Assembly: GCF_009914755.1 (NCBI RefSeq)
Contig: NC_060935.1
DNA length: 64,000 nucleotides
Reading direction: 5' to 3' (one strand)
Origin: the human T2T-CHM13v2.0 reference genome, Homo sapiens
Both the position numbers and the translations under genes were made by a program. Positions within the stretch are counted from its first letter, which is position 1, and every line of letters begins with the position of its first letter. Below the pieces are notes generated by a model that worked only from the letters and a program-made list of their open reading frames with translations, was not told where the DNA came from and searched no databases. Of this stretch, positions 1 to 17,433 are shown piece by piece.

Positions 1-1255
1 GCCTCTTAAATTACCAGCCCTCTCAGCAGTGCTTGGCACAATAGCCACCTCTCTATCTTGATACCCTAGCTTTCGTGGCCATCGTATCAGCACATCTTCT
101 TGATTTTCCTGAAGCCTTTCCTGGCCTCCTCCTACCCTCCTTCAGCAACAGCTGCTGGCCCTTCCTCCTCTAACTCGATCCTCAAAGTTGGAATTCCTTG
201 GGGACCAATCTTGCCCCCAACCCCACCTCTTCTTTCCTCTTTGCATACAAGTCTCCACAGGTCTTCTCATCCATAAAATATAATTTATACGCCTCAAAAT
301 GCCAAAATGTATATCTGAGCATCAAAATCATATATCCAAAAACCTACTTGAGATGCAAGCATCTCAAACTTCACTTTTCTAAAATCAAACTCCCCACCTC
401 CATCCTCAAAGTTTGTCTTCCTTTTCAGAAAATAGTATTATTATCTACCCAGCTGCCCAGGACAAAAAAAATTAGTGCTCAATCTTGAAGTACCCTTCAT
501 CTAATCATTTGACAAGTTCCATTCATTCTGTTATCTATAACTATACACGTATATACAAACACACATAGTCAGTTTTTTCTCCAACTGCCCTGCCAAAATG
601 TTAGCCATGACATCATCCCATTCATTGACAAATACAACAGTCTCCAAGCTAGTTTCCCCATGCACTTTTTCTTCCTCCAACCCACATTGCCAAGTAAAAT
701 TCTTAAGACATGTATCAGGTCTTGATCCTCTCTTTTTTAAAAGCCTTGATGTCTTTCAACTCAGTTCAAAGCAAAAACTCATAAAAATGCCCACAAAACT
801 TTGCATGATGTGACCCCTGCTAGGTTTCCAACCCTGCTTCCAGTTCACGACGTAGCAATCACACTGGTCTCCTTCCAGTTACTCAAAGGCATCAAGATCT
901 TTTCTGCCTAAACTTTTTTTTCCTGGTAGGTGCCTGTATATGGACGTATCTTCCCTTCTCTCTTACCTTATTCACCTCCACTTACCCTTCAGATCTCAGT
1001 TTAAATACTATATCTCAGATTCCTTCTCTGATCACCTACCAAACCTCAATTAGAATCCCCAGTATTCTTCCCTTATTGAAATATATTTATTTGTTTGTTT
1101 GTTTGTTCTCTCTTCACTCTTTAGTGTCACCCAACTAAACTATAATCTCCATAATGGAAAGAGTTTGACGTTTTTTTTTCAATACTGTATACGCAGCACT
1201 TAGCACAGTGCACACAATACACCTAAGAATTACATATAACTTAATAAATAAACAA
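1..1255 (+). mobile_element. LINE-2 relic (RT region to 3' end)
   Basis: Degenerate L2 RT motifs: GGAATTCCTTGGGGACCAATC ~GVPQGSILGP, and YNLYASKCQ ~YHLYADDSQ in the 198-488 ORF. L2-type 3' end CTTAGCACAGTG...AATAAATAAAC. Confidence 0.75.
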
Positions 1256-3319
1256 TATTTTGATTATTGAAAACCACTCATTCCACTGAAGTAGGCAGCT
1301 CTCTCAACCCTAATCTGGGTTCCATAAGTAGGAGGCTGGAGGGAGACTAACAAGCTCCTGCTTTCAGTCACCAAAAGACCCTGCCATCCACACCTAAAAT
1401 TCTCCTCATAAAATCAGTTTCCTGTCACACAGTCCTTACTGTCTTAGAGACAAAAAAATGGTAAAAAGAAAATGAGAGAAGAAGAAGGAGGGAGGGAAAG
1501 GAAAGAGAAAGACTTATTTTTTGGAGATGAAGCACATTCAATATGTAAGAAGTATTCTTACCATTTTCCTTTAAGATTTAGTCTATAAAACATGCTCCAT
1601 AGAAAAGTCTATCATCTCTGTAATGAACACTTGCGCATGAAATCTCCGTTACTGTTAGTGTTTGGAAAGGCCAAATATACAGCTCCAATCCTGAGAAGGA
1701 TGCATCCTACAAACTCTAATATCCTATTTATCTCTTTATATATTTCACACTAGAAATGAAATCCCTCTTACTGATATATGAGGAGATAAAAATGTGAGTT
1801 AGCTCTATTAGTTCTGAAGCAGATTATTCCACAGCCTGTACTTTGAAACAATAACTCATTCAATACTCCCCCAGTGGCAAGGAAGAATTAATACAATCTG
1901 CAGATGTGCCTAAACATATTCCCAAGGGAATTACTTAGGCACTTGGAGAATCTGGTATTAAGTTCTGAATCTCCTGTTATTATTACAGTAAAATTTTCTG
2001 CAATGTCTTCATTGAAAGATATTAATTTTAATCTAAAAATATCAATTGAAGTTTATGAGCTGCAATTTTATTTTTCTCAAAGGAATTATTCAAGGATCCA
2101 TATGTCCAATAGCTGTTTTATTTTTCCTGCAAAAAAAAAACTACAAAAAAGTAGCTCTCTTATGTATAGCTATCACAACATGGCCAACAATTATTTAGGT
2201 ATTGTTCAAAATATCAGGAATGCTGGAAAAAAAACAGCAAATAGGGAGCATGGCATTCACTGTATAATTTAAAGCCAAGTATTAATGCAAAATAAGAGCT
2301 GTGTATGGTATATTTTATTCAACTCTTGATTTCATCCTAGAAGGAAGAAAGACAACGAACAAATTAGAATTATTAGTAATCCCCAAATTCCCTTTCTTCA
2401 TTCAGCAAACATTTTTAGACTTCACTAAACACAAGGCACTCAGAGTGACAGAGGATGCACAGAAGATTTACAGGTTCTTTCATTCATTATGTAGTATACA
2501 TACAATCATTCTAAGAGTATCTCTGTTACAGGTGTCTTATTACATAGGGGTTTCTGGAATAACTGACTAAGTTGCCTCATAAGTGGTCAATATTTGATAA
2601 CTTGGACAACAAATCAGGGTATTATTTGTAACTAGGCACACAACTGTATAAAGGACTGGTGTAGAATGTAAATTTGAAAGAAGATATCAATGGTACAATT
2701 TTATCCAATGGTGTAAAGCTCCTTCTCCAAAGGGTATAAAACTGAAGTTGTGCTAAGGAGTAGTGATGTGGCCAGACTGGTTACAAGGAGATGGATTATA
2801 TGGTTAGGGCTTGAATAATCACAAATTCACTTAAGTGAGGTCACTATTTATTACCTCTTATCTCAACACAGCTTTTCATACTAAATAGTTTTATTCGTCA
2901 ACAAGTCAGGCCTTATAGTACTTCTGGACATTATCACTCCACGACTGTTGAAAGAGAGAGTAAACGAGGTCAAGAGGTTTGCCCCAGACCTCTGCATGAA
3001 TCCCCAGACCTTAGCAAGAGCTGCACACTCAACAGGGCAGTTGCTATTTTGCGCAGTGCTAACATGATAAACTCACATGCTTTCAAAATCAAGTAATAAG
3101 AATAGCAGGCCATGCACTCTACCAAACACTTCATATGTATTGGGACATTTATTAGGGTGTTCATATATCGATAGATTTTAGACCACAGAAATTACAAAGA
3201 AAATTTTATTTTTTCCAAGAAACATGATTTGTCACATATACAAGGATTTCCAATCCTTTACAATGCAGTAGTCAGATATGAGCATTTTCATACTAACTAG
3301 AAACTGAACCTTTATATTC

Positions 3320-3445
3320 CTCTGTTCTTAAGGTTCATCTGAGACAAGGAAATAATAGCACCTACCAGTTGGGGTTGCTGATAAAAGAACATGAGCATCT
3401 AGAACAATGCCTGACATACATGAGGTGCTCCGTAAGTGGTTAGGA
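3320..3445 (+). mobile_element. MIR fragment
   Basis: ATAATAGCACCTACC...GGGTTGCTG...AGAACAATGCCTGACATA, MIR 3' half. Confidence 0.65.
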
Positions 3446-3509
3446 TCCAGCCCTCAAATGGTTCCCAGATGCTAATGTTATACAGAGATTATATTGACAC
3501 TTTAAGAGA

Positions 3510-3755
3510 TAATAATAACTTATATTTGTAGTATATGAATTGCCTTCTGCAGTTGTGCTAAGTGCTTTACACAGATTTTTCTAACAATCCCCGCACCAAC
3601 TCTATGAAGAAGATGCAGCTGTTATCCTCCTTTTACAAATGAAGAAATGGAGGCTTAGTGGTAATAATTAATCTGTCCAACTACTTAACAAATGGGCTTC
3701 GACATGTCCTGTCAGTCTGAATCCTGTTTTCACTTTAAACGCCAACTATACTGCT
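3510..3755 (-). mobile_element. MIR
   Basis: GTGCTAAGTGCTTTACA...TTTTACAAATGAAGAAATGGAGGCTTAG, MIR core in antisense. Confidence 0.75.
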
Positions 3756-4397
3756 TCCCTTAAGCACAAATCATTTTTAGTGGGGCCTAAATTTTAATTC
3801 TACGGCAAATTTCAGATACTTAAAATGGTTGTTCTATTACCTTAAGAGGAAAACTGCAACTGTCCTCTCCAAAAGCCCTGAATACTTTGAATAAAAATCA
3901 CTTTCAATCATTAGAAAAGAGGATTTCCTCCGTGAAATGCCACAACAAATAGTACTTTGCCTGAAAACATTTCAATAATTGTTGAGATGGGTTCTCAACT
4001 TCTACATGAAAACAGTCCATTTCAATCATATAATTTGTTTGAACTTGTAACAAATATGAAAGTATCCACCTGGTGCCTACTATGTGTATGACTCAGGGCG
4101 AGGCATTTATTTGGTGAGAGAAAAGCAAAGATTAGACACCACAGCTACCCTGGTTCAACCCCCCTACCTATTTGCTGGGCTTGAGGCTCTGTAAGATGCC
4201 AAGAAACCTGGGCTTTCCAGAATAGATGAAAGCAAAAGTAAGAAGAGGAAGAGAAATACAAGGTGTCTGTGGTAAGGGGGATGTTTGCTTTACTTTACAT
4301 TTGTAGTTGCTCCCATAAGAAGTATTTGCTAATCCAAAGCAGGCTAAGAGGTTTCAAATCATATATAGAGAGGGGAAATATTTTCCTTCTGTTTCTC

Positions 4398-4691
4398 TTT
4401 TTTTTTTTTTTTTGAGACAGGGTCTCCCTCTGTCACCCAGGCCATACAGCAGTGCTGCAATTATGGCACAATGCATGCAGCCTCAACCTCCCAGGCTCAA
4501 GAGATCCTCCTGCCTCAGCCTCCTGAGTAGCTTGGACCACAGGTATGTGCTGCCATGCCCAGCTAATTTTTAATTTTTAATTTTTTTGTAGGGATGAGGT
4601 CTGGCTATGTTGCACAGGCTGGTCTCAAATTTCTTGGCTTAAGTGATATTACCACCTCGGTCTCCCAAAGTGTGAGTCACTACATCTAGCC
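4398..4691 (-). mobile_element. AluJ-type SINE
   Basis: Poly(T) followed by a diverged Alu dimer; flanking direct repeat CTTCTGTTT (4386-4394 / 4693-4701). Confidence 0.92.
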
Positions 4692-4904
4692 TCTTCTGTT
4701 TTTCTTATTTGTATTTGCTAAATACAAAAAGGAAGAAAAATGCACAATGTTATACAGAACTGGGCAAGCCACAAAAAATACAAACTCTGTTCAGGGAGAT
4801 CCTTGCCTTATCTTTGAGAAGGTAGGTGAAACTTCTTATATACATTGAGCAGGTTTTAAAAATCACTTAGTTAAAGCAGCAGGAAGACACTAACAATGAA
4901 ATAA

Positions 4905-5100
4905 AAGAATAATATCTAACATTCACTGACTGCTTTCTCAGAGCCAGTTCTCATGATAACACTAGGAGGCGAATGTGTTAGTATGTTTATTTCACAGAAG
5001 AGACTGAGAAGGAGCTCAATTAATTTGAGCAATCACTACCCAGCTAATGATCAGCAGAGCCAAAATTTGAATCCAGGCAGTCTTGACAGTAGGAAGGACC
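4905..5100 (-). mobile_element. MIR
   Basis: TTTCACAGAAGAGACTGAG...AAAATTTGAATCCAGGCAGTCT. Confidence 0.65.
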
Positions 5101-5247
5101 AGCATTGTGTTTTAGTTATGCAGTGCTCTAAAAATTTGTCCTTCACAATAAAAGTTTCAAAGTTTAGATATCTATCCTAAATAATTTCTAGTTTTTCCCA
5201 ATAAATTACTAAATTACTGTTATGATGAAATATGAACATTTTCCTGT

Positions 5248-5523
5248 TGGGTGAGGTGGTTCACACTTGTAATCCCAGCATTTTGGGAGGACAAGGCAGG
5301 CAGATCGTTTGAGCCCAGTAGTACTAGACCAGCCTGGGCAACATGGTGAAATGCTGTCTCTACAAAAAATTAGCCAGGTGTGGTGGCACATGCCTGTAGT
5401 CCTAGCTACTCTGGAGGCTAAGGTGGGAGAATCACTTTATCCTAGGAGGCAGAGGTGGCAGTGAGCCCAGATTGCACCACTACACTGCAGCCTGGGTGAC
5501 AGAGTGAAAACTGTTTCAAAAAC

Positions 5524-5562
<39 letters not shown>
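5248..5562 (+). mobile_element. AluJ-type SINE with (AAT)n tail
   Basis: Diverged Alu dimer; tail converted to an (AAT)n microsatellite at ~5524-5560. Confidence 0.92.
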
Positions 5563-5563
<1 letters not shown>

Positions 5564-6031
5564 CAAACCAAAAAATGGAATATATCTCATCTTCCTGCCT
5601 TGAAAATAACTTAAATTGCTTCATTTACTATTCTGAAATTTTGGTTAAATCAAATTAAATCTTTATAATTATTAAAAAATGAAACTATTTGCAATTCTAG
5701 TATTTAATATTTATCCAATTGCTAACGTAGATATCACCCTTCATGCATGTTATGTCTAAGCTCGTACATGCATTTTTAAGAATAACACGGATTGCTTTAA
5801 TCTGCAAAATGCTAATGGGTATATTTTGAATACCACACTAGTTCATTAATACCTCTCAATCCACAAATTGGAACATAAAGAGAAGCCAGAAAATACATGT
5901 TCACAACTAATGAAGAGCAATTTTTTTTAATGCAAAAGTCGACTACATGCATGATGCCTAACAAGAAGGAATGGAAGGGTTAATCTTTTCCCTTAAGCAT
6001 TTCCACCACTTGAATCCTCAGGAGCACTGTC

Positions 6032-6109
6032 CCTTTGCCAGAGGCAGCCCACACACCTCTGGTCATTGAACCTTTGCCAGAGGCAGCCTACACACCTCTG
6101 GTCATTGAA
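6032..6109. repeat. 39-bp tandem duplication (2 copies, 1 mismatch)
   Basis: CCTTTGCCAGAGGCAGCC(C/T)ACACACCTCTGGTCATTGAA at 6032-6070 and 6071-6109. Confidence 0.95.
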
Positions 6110-6124
6110 ATGTGGATGCCCTGA

Positions 6125-8946
<2,822 letters not shown>

Positions 8947-9160
8947 CACTACAAAGCTTCAAATCCCTATTCCCCCATATATTGGTCACATGGCCACAAA
9001 CAAGTCACTTACCATTTCTGTGACTTAGTTTTCCCCATTTGTAAAGTGGCAATATTCATAATTTCCACCTCATAGAGTAGTTTTATGATGATTAAATGAA
9101 TTAATACGTGAAGTACTGAGGTGAGTTCTGGCTTACTACAAGGGCTATCTAAATGTTACC
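8947..9160 (+). mobile_element. MIR (5' part lies upstream of the L1 at ~6100-6125)
   Basis: CTTCAAATCCC...CAAGTCACTTACC...TAGTTTTCCCCATTTGTAAAGTGG, MIR core. Confidence 0.7.
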
Positions 9161-9331
9161 TTTTTATTTTTATAAGTATAACCAAAATCTCTTGTATGTT
9201 TTTTCCTCAGTCTCCTCTGTATGTCCATTATAACCCTATTTGTGTGTATCCACTTATACCTAAATCTTTCACCTGAACATATTTCTTTCCCCTTCTCAAT
9301 GAGCAAAATATTCAAATAAAAACAGACAATT

Positions 9332-9332
9332 A

Positions 9333-9371
<39 letters not shown>

Positions 9372-9380
9372 GAATATATG
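9332..9380. repeat. (TG)n(TA)n microsatellite
   Basis: Read directly from the sequence. Confidence 0.95.
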
Positions 9381-9445
9381 CTTATATCTAAATATATATG
9401 GAAGGATCTACCCAATATTGTGAAAATATTACATGCACACATATA

Positions 9446-10647
9446 CAGTCATAAACTGCATAACAACCATTTGGTCAAGGATGGATGTCATACAGGATTG
9501 TGGCCCCATCAAATTATATTGGAGCTGAAAATATCCTATTGCCTAAAGATACTGCAGCCATCCTAACATCATAGTGCAATGCATTACTTACATGTTTGTG
9601 GTGAAGCTGGTGTAAGCAAACTTACTCTACTGCCAGTCATAAAAAAAGTATAGCACATACAATGGGGTGCATTACATAGTACTTGATAATAATTATAAAT
9701 GACTATGTAACTGGTTTACTTATTTACTATATTATCATTATTTTAGAGTGTATTCCTTCTACTTATATTTTTTTTAAAGTTAACTGTAAAACAGCCTTAG
9801 GCAGGTCCTTCAAGGGGTATTCCAGAAGAAGATACGGAGATGACAGCTCTATGAGTGTTAGGGCCCCAAAGACCTTCCAGTGCAACAAGATGCAGAGGTG
9901 GAAGACACTGAATATTGATGATCCTGACCCTGTGCAGGCCTAAGCTAATATGTTCAATTGTGTCTTAGTTTTTAACAAAAAATAAATAAAAATGAAAGAA
10001 AAATTTAAAAATAGAAATAAAGCATATAGAATGCGGATCTAAAAAAGGAAATATTTTTGTACATCTGTATAATGTGTTTGTGTTTTAAGCTATTTTAAGT
10101 TATTGCAAAAGGGTCAAAAAGTTTAAAAGATGACAAAAAGTTAGCATCAGCTAATTTTGATTTGTTATCGAAGTAAAAATATTTTTATAAATTTAGTATA
10201 GGCTAAGTGTACAGTGTTTATAAAGTCTATATAGTGTACAGTAATGTTCTAGACCTTCACTTTCACTTACCACTCACTTACTGACACCCAGGGCAACTTC
10301 CAGTCCTGCAAACTCTGCTCATGCTAAGTGTCTAATACAGGGGTAACCACTGTATATCTTTTACAATATATTTTTATTATACCTCTCCTATGTTTAGATA
10401 CACAAATACATAACATTGTGTTACGACTGCCCACAGTATTTAGTAGAATAACATGCTGTACAGGTTTGTAGCCTAGGACCAAAGCTACAAACCATCTATA
10501 GCTTAGGCATGTAGTAGGCTGCACCATCTAAGTTTGTGTGAGTAAATTCTATTATGTTCACACAATGACGAAACCACCTAATATTCTCACCAAGAAAATG
10601 CCTATATTTCTGACAATGTATCCCCATTGTTGAGTGATTCATGATTG
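9446..10647 (+). mobile_element. Tigger3b-like (MER7) TcMar DNA transposon, non-autonomous
   Basis: Ends CAGTCAT... and ...ATGATTG are flanked by TA (9444-45, 10648-49); ~1.2-kb interior matches recalled Tigger3b. Confidence 0.88.
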
Positions 10648-10894
10648 TACACAGAAACTTCTCTGAAGAAGATTCTAAGTCTCTGAATACTACCTATCAC
10701 CAGAAACAGGTGGTAATATTCACAACTACCTTGTGAAACAGCTGTTTGTTACCTCAAACACTGATACCATATGCAAATTTACATATATCTATGGGAACGC
10801 TACATAGGAGAACTCTTATTTTTCACCAATAAGGACTTTGTTCTTGTTGCTCACCATGTATACCAGCATCATAAAAGATGAAATGAAATGCAAA

Positions 10895-11110
10895 TAGGTA
10901 ACATTTATGTGAAACGTATGTGCCACTGTGTTAAGCATTTTACAGACATTACTCATATAAGTAACCCCATTAATGGGGGATCCGTGATTATCATTTCACA
11001 GAATGAGGAGACAGATGAAGATCACCCAGACAGTAACTTGCCCAGGATCACACAGAGGTAACAGCTGGTATGGTTTTGACCTCAGGTCTCTGATTGGAAT
11101 CTTCTGCTCC
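10895..11110 (-). mobile_element. MIR
   Basis: CATTTCACAGAATGAGGAGAC...GTAACTTGCCCAGGATCACACAG. Confidence 0.7.
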
Positions 11111-11672
11111 ATTTGTAGCTGAGCAAGAAGGAGGGAAGAGCTAAAATTATGCCCCAAAATTCCAGTCTTTATTATAGTACACACAGTTCATTGTATCATG
11201 TTTTGTTAACAACTAGTGTTCTCAAATTACATGAACTAACCAAGTCGCAGGCACAAATAAAATGCCTGCTAGATAAAGTCACCTCACTTAGATGAAGGCA
11301 TTAAAGTTGAGAGCAAACTATGGAGAAAAAAAAATAAACCATGTTTACATGGGTAAGAAAAAGCATTTGGTCAGTTATTTATCTAACTCACATAAGACTA
11401 AAAGAAAAAAGGATATTTGTATCTCCAATTATTTAAACCATCTGGTTGTATATGCTTTCATATTTTCCAAACGCTTATTCAGCTTTACGTGACATTTTTC
11501 TCGGTGTGGAGTTAGTAATATTCTGTATAGAGGTGATGGCTCATATAATTCAGCTGTGAAAGCCATAATTTCCAAAATGACAGTAGGAAAATAATGTCTC
11601 ATGGAGATAAAGGAAACTGACAATAAAAATGGAAGAAGTACAAAAACTGCCATGTAAAATAATTCCTGGAAA

Positions 11673-11721
11673 TTTTTGAAAGTTTTGCTGGAAAACTTTT
11701 TTTGAAAGTTTTGCTGGAAAA
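11673..11721. repeat. 26-bp-period tandem duplication
   Basis: TTTTTGAAAGTTTTGCTGGAAAA at 11673 and 11699. Confidence 0.9.
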
Positions 11722-12563
11722 GACTACATACTTCTCCAAAAGAAAAGTAAACTTCTAAGTGTTATATATAAGTAGATATTAGTATTATCATGAATTATGA
11801 AGAAAAAACACTTGCATTTGAGACAGGTCTACAAAGAAATCCAGAATGGCATGTGTAGTTGTCCAAATAAGCATAGTGTTTACAAAAGAGTTACTTTAGA
11901 AGTATTGTTAAATCTTCATTTAAAAAAATTAAACCAGCACCACAGGGAGTTTAGGTAATACATATATTAGAAACTTATATTTCTGAACTGAGGAGCAGAG
12001 TAAATCATTGGTAGATGACTTAAAAGAATTCTAACCATAATTAATAAACTATGTAATCTCAAACCTCCACGCACGATAGTTGTAAACAAGATGAGGTAAT
12101 TCCAATTTTCAGCACTCTGGCAGTATTTGTTTGCAAAATTCCTCATGAACCCACTAATTGATAGCATATGTTCACATTTTTTTAGCTCTGAGGAATGATA
12201 ACAACCACAAAGAAGTATAGCCAAACTAATACCATAAGACATAGTTAATTTTTTCAGAGACAAGATTACTACCTGTGCATCAGCATAACTTCCAGTGATA
12301 GCAAAAACTTCTGTTTGTGTTTCTAAAAATAGGCATCATTGATATTAACACTGATCCTATGCCAAAACCATCTTGGGTGAGATGCTGGAACTGACGCACA
12401 AAGACAAAAAGTCCACATTCATTCAATTATTCAGAAAACACAGATTGCCCATTCTGTGCAAGGAACTTTGTTGTATACAGGAAGCTAAACAAAGACTATT
12501 AATTCCAGGCCTTTAGAAAACTTGAAGACTAGCAGTAGAGATGAAGCAAGTCCTCCTCATTAG

Positions 12564-13463
<900 letters not shown>

Positions 13464-13554
13464 AAAGTCAATGTAAACTAAAATTCCATAGTAGAGATGA
13501 AGTCCTGTGAATTTTAGGGAGAATATGACACTGTTTTTCACCAATAACAAAATT

Positions 13555-13760
13555 CACTACTAGTGGAGTAAAGAACTCTGGAGTAAGACTTAGAGCTGTG
13601 TGACTTTTGGCAAGTAATTCAACCTCTTTTTGCCTCAGTTTCTTCACATACAAAATGGGAATGATTTTATTATTTGTGAGGGTTCAGTGACAGAATACAT
13701 TTCTAATGCTCAGTTCAGTTGCTGTCACATAGTAAGCTCCATATAATATTATTATTAATG
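13555..13760 (+). mobile_element. MIR
   Basis: GGCAAGTAATTCAACCTC...GCCTCAGTTTCTTCACATACAAAATGGG. Confidence 0.75.
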
Positions 13761-14042
13761 TCATTGCTATTGCTAACATAATTACTACCATCATTAATTT
13801 AACTAAGAGAAACATGTCCGTATCATCAGCTACATACATAATGCTTTGCCTAGGCTGAAAAATAAATAAATAAATAAGATAGAAATATTAAATGGACTTA
13901 CAGAGATTGCAGATGATTGCAAGTTTGCAATCAACAAGGCTTTTAAATCATTCACTCATTTTAAAAGACCCCTTCAAATAGTTTTCATTACAATGTCCAG
14001 GGCAGGTAATTCAAAGAAAGAGGTCTTGGTGCTTAAGATAAG

Positions 14043-15087
14043 ACACCAAAAGCAATGGCAACAAAAGCCAAAATTGACAAATGGGATCTAATTAAACTAA
14101 AGAGCTTCTGCACTAAAGAAACTACCATCAGAGTGAATACGCAACCTACAGAATGGGAAAACATTTTTGCAATCTACTCATCTGACAAAAGGCTAATATC
14201 CAGTATCTACAAAGAACTCAAACAAATTTATAAGAAAAAAAAAACTCCATCAAAAAGTGGGCAAAGGATATGAACAGACCCTTCTCAAAAGAAGACATTT
14301 ATGCAGCCAAAAGACACATGAAAAAATGCTCATCATCACTGGCTATCAGAGAAATGCAAATCAAAACCACAATGAGATACCATCTCACGCCAGTTAGAAT
14401 GGCAATCATTAAAAAGTCAGGAAACAACAGGTGCTGGAGAGGATGTGGAGAAATAGGAACACTTTTACACTGTTGGTGAGACTGTAAACTAGTTCAACCA
14501 CTGTAGAAGACAGTGTGGCGATTCCTCAAGGATCTAGAACTAGAAATACCATTTGACCCAGCCATTCCATTACTGGGTATATACCCAAAGGATTATAAAT
14601 CATGCTGCTATAAAGGCACATGCACACGTGTGTTTATTGTGGCACTATTCACAACAGCAAAGACTTGGAACCAACCCAAATGTCCATCGACGATAGACTG
14701 GATTAAGAAAATGTGGCACATATACACCATGGAATACTATGCAGCTATAAGAAAGGATGAGTTCATGTCCTTTGTAGGGACATGGATGAAGCTGGAAACC
14801 ATCATTCTCAGCAAACTATTGCAAGAACAAAAAAGCAAACACCGCATGTTCTCACTCATAGGTGGGAATTGAACAATGAGAACACGTGGACACAGGAAGG
14901 GGGACATCACACATCGGGGCCTGTTGTGGGGTGGAGGGAGGGGGGAGGGATAGCATTAGGAGACATACCTAATGTAAATGATGAATTAATGGGTGCAGCA
15001 CACCAACATGGCACATGTATACATATGTAACAAACCTGCACGATATGCACATGCACCCTAGAACTTAAAGTATAATTAAAAAAAAAA
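14043..15087 (+). mobile_element. 5'-truncated L1PA (L1PA5-like), 3' ~1 kb with poly(A)
   Basis: Frameshifted ORF2 C-terminus, 3' UTR, then AACTTAAAGTATAAT and an A-tail. Confidence 0.97.
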
Positions 15088-15139
15088 GAATGCATAACTA
15101 ACATCATGTAGTACAAAGAACACAAGTGAAAGTTTAGAA

Positions 15140-15330
15140 AAATCAGGCTTGAGCCCTGTGTCAGACACCCACTTGCTGTGTTATTCGAGATGTTTCTTTA
15201 CTTTTCTAAGCCTCAGTCTCTTCATCCATAAGTTAGGCACAATAATAGATACTTCATCGGGTTACTGAAGTGATCAAATGAGATGATGTGACCCTTGGAC
15301 CATACTTTCCCATCAATAAATGCTATTGAT
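15140..15330 (+). mobile_element. MIR
   Basis: TCTAAGCCTCAGTCTCTTCATCCATAA...AAATGAGATGATG. Confidence 0.65.
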
Positions 15331-15349
15331 GTATGCTAAAAAAAAGTCT

Positions 15350-15690
15350 TTTTGGATCAAAATTTAGCAACATCTATTAAATTTTAATATTGTACGTAGG
15401 CTTTATCTCATCATTTTACTTCTAGGTGTATCTGTTAAAGATACTGCAACATTTGCACAAAGAATATACAAGAATATTTGTTGCAATTTGTAATAATGAA
15501 AGACTGGAATCCCCTAATGTCCATACACATGACAATGTCAAAATAAATTAGAATAGTCCATGCTGTGAACTATTAGCTAATAATTAAAATTAATGAGTTA
15601 TGGTTATATAGAAAGCCACGGAGAACTATCTAAGATACATCATTAAGTTAAAAAAAAAAGAATGTTGCAAAGTAGTCCATTTGGTGTGGC
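15350..15690 (+). mobile_element. Ancient L1M (L1ME-like) 3' fragment
   Basis: AATTTAGCAACATC...TTTTACTTCTAGGTGTATC...CCCTAATGTCCA, degenerate ORF2 end. Confidence 0.6.
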
Positions 15691-15699
15691 CTTATTTTC

Positions 15700-15930
15700 A
15701 ATATAGCAGAGTGCAGAGGTTAATAGAGTGTGCTCTGGATCCAGACTGCCTGGTATTCTGTGCTCAGTGCACCTCTCATCACCTTGAGCAGGTCATTTAT
15801 TTTTCCTGGCCTTAACTTTCTCATTGGTAAGAGTGGCATAATAACAGCTCCTATCACATTATCAAATGAGCTAACCATATTGAATGCTTAGAAAAAAAAT
15901 CTCAGGAATATTATAAGTGTTAGCTATCAA
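15700..15930 (+). mobile_element. MIR
   Basis: GCTCTGGATCCAGACTGCCTGG...ACCTTGAGCAGGTCATTTA. Confidence 0.7.
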
Positions 15931-17139
15931 TTTAATTAAAAATAAAGCATTATGAACCAAGATAAGATGATTCACTTACATATAAAATACATGTTTTCAT
16001 AAACACAAAGAAGAAAGTATGGAGATTTTCCTAAACTGAGATTTGGTAACCTCTGAGCAAGAAAGTAGGATTAGAAAGCTGGGGAAGTTGATTCTCACTT
16101 TGAATTGTTAGAAGTGCTGCCAATGAGGCTCTTTCTATACATTATTTGTACAAATAAAAATGCAATTGATGGTTTAAAAATTTTTAAAAATTAAATTAAA
16201 GAATTGAGATTTAAAAAAAAAATTACTTGAACTGTATCCAACCCAATTTGAATTCGAAAGACTGTGAGTAGTAGTTATCTCAGACCTCCGAAAAAATGCC
16301 AGTAATATGAGGCATTTCTGTTTCTTAATACTATTTTATATGTTTTTACTAAAATATATGAAATAAAACTGCTTTCTCCTCAAAAAAAAAAACAACAAAA
16401 AAAAGAAACTTACACAGGTCATACTACATACTACATACTACATACATAGAGACAAGAAACTTAGGAATGCTTAAAAATTAAAAAGACCACACAGTAGTTT
16501 GGTTGTGGTTTGTACGGGCATAGGAAACTGTGAAAGAAATCCTCCACGCTGTGTCTTTTCTCCAATCCCCTTATCTGCTACTTTTTAAAATTCACTGCAA
16601 TGATGTTACTGAGCTCTGACCGTGGCTTGGTGATGGCAGCACCTAGGAGGTTAAGTGTTGGGTCTATTTGCATTTTTGTCCCTCCTTCTCAAGGAGATTA
16701 TAAGAGTTCTAGGAAAGAGTTCAAAAATAACTGAAATCTCAGGATAAAATATTTTGAAGGCAACTGGAATAGAAGGAATAAAAACTAAAAAAATCCTCTT
16801 TAATCATTACATATGTTACCAAAAATGTTTTTTTGTCCTAGTGCAAACAGTTTCAATTCTAGAAATATATTGCTTTTGTTTATTGAGTAAAATTCTACAG
16901 GAAGAAAATGTTCTGACAGTGGTTATTATGTAAAAGTAAAAGAATTTTAGGTATTTATTAATATAACAATAACACTGATTATAACTACACAAACAGCAAT
17001 GAGTCCTAACAGACTCATAGTTTATTACCTACGCTTATCCAATTCTTAAAATTTCCATTCAGAAGAAACTAAAATCTACACCTGAATAGCATTAGGAACA
17101 AATCTATCTTATATGATCTGTGTATTAATTATTAATTCT

Positions 17140-17433
17140 TTTTTTTTTTTTTTTTTTTAGATTTCACTCTGGTCACCCAGGCTAGGGTGTTGTGGGTGTG
17201 ATCACGGCTCACTGCAACCTCCACCTCCCCGAGGCTCAAGTGATCCTCCCAACTCAGCCTCCAGAGAAGCTGGGATTACAGCTGCATGCCACCATGCCTA
17301 GGTAAATTTTTTCTGTAGGGACAGGGTCCTGCCATGTTGCTCAGACTGGTCTTGAACTCCTAGGCTCAAGCAATCCTTCTGCCTTGGCTTCCCAAAGTGC
17401 TGAGATTACAGGTGTGAGCCACCATGCCTGGCC
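17140..17433 (-). mobile_element. AluJ-type SINE
   Basis: Antisense dimer; flanking repeat TGTATT(A/G)ATTATT. Confidence 0.92.

Noticed and set aside
14030-15095. TSD for the second L1PA
   Set aside because: Only AAGA is shared by the flanks, too short to distinguish from chance beside an A-tail
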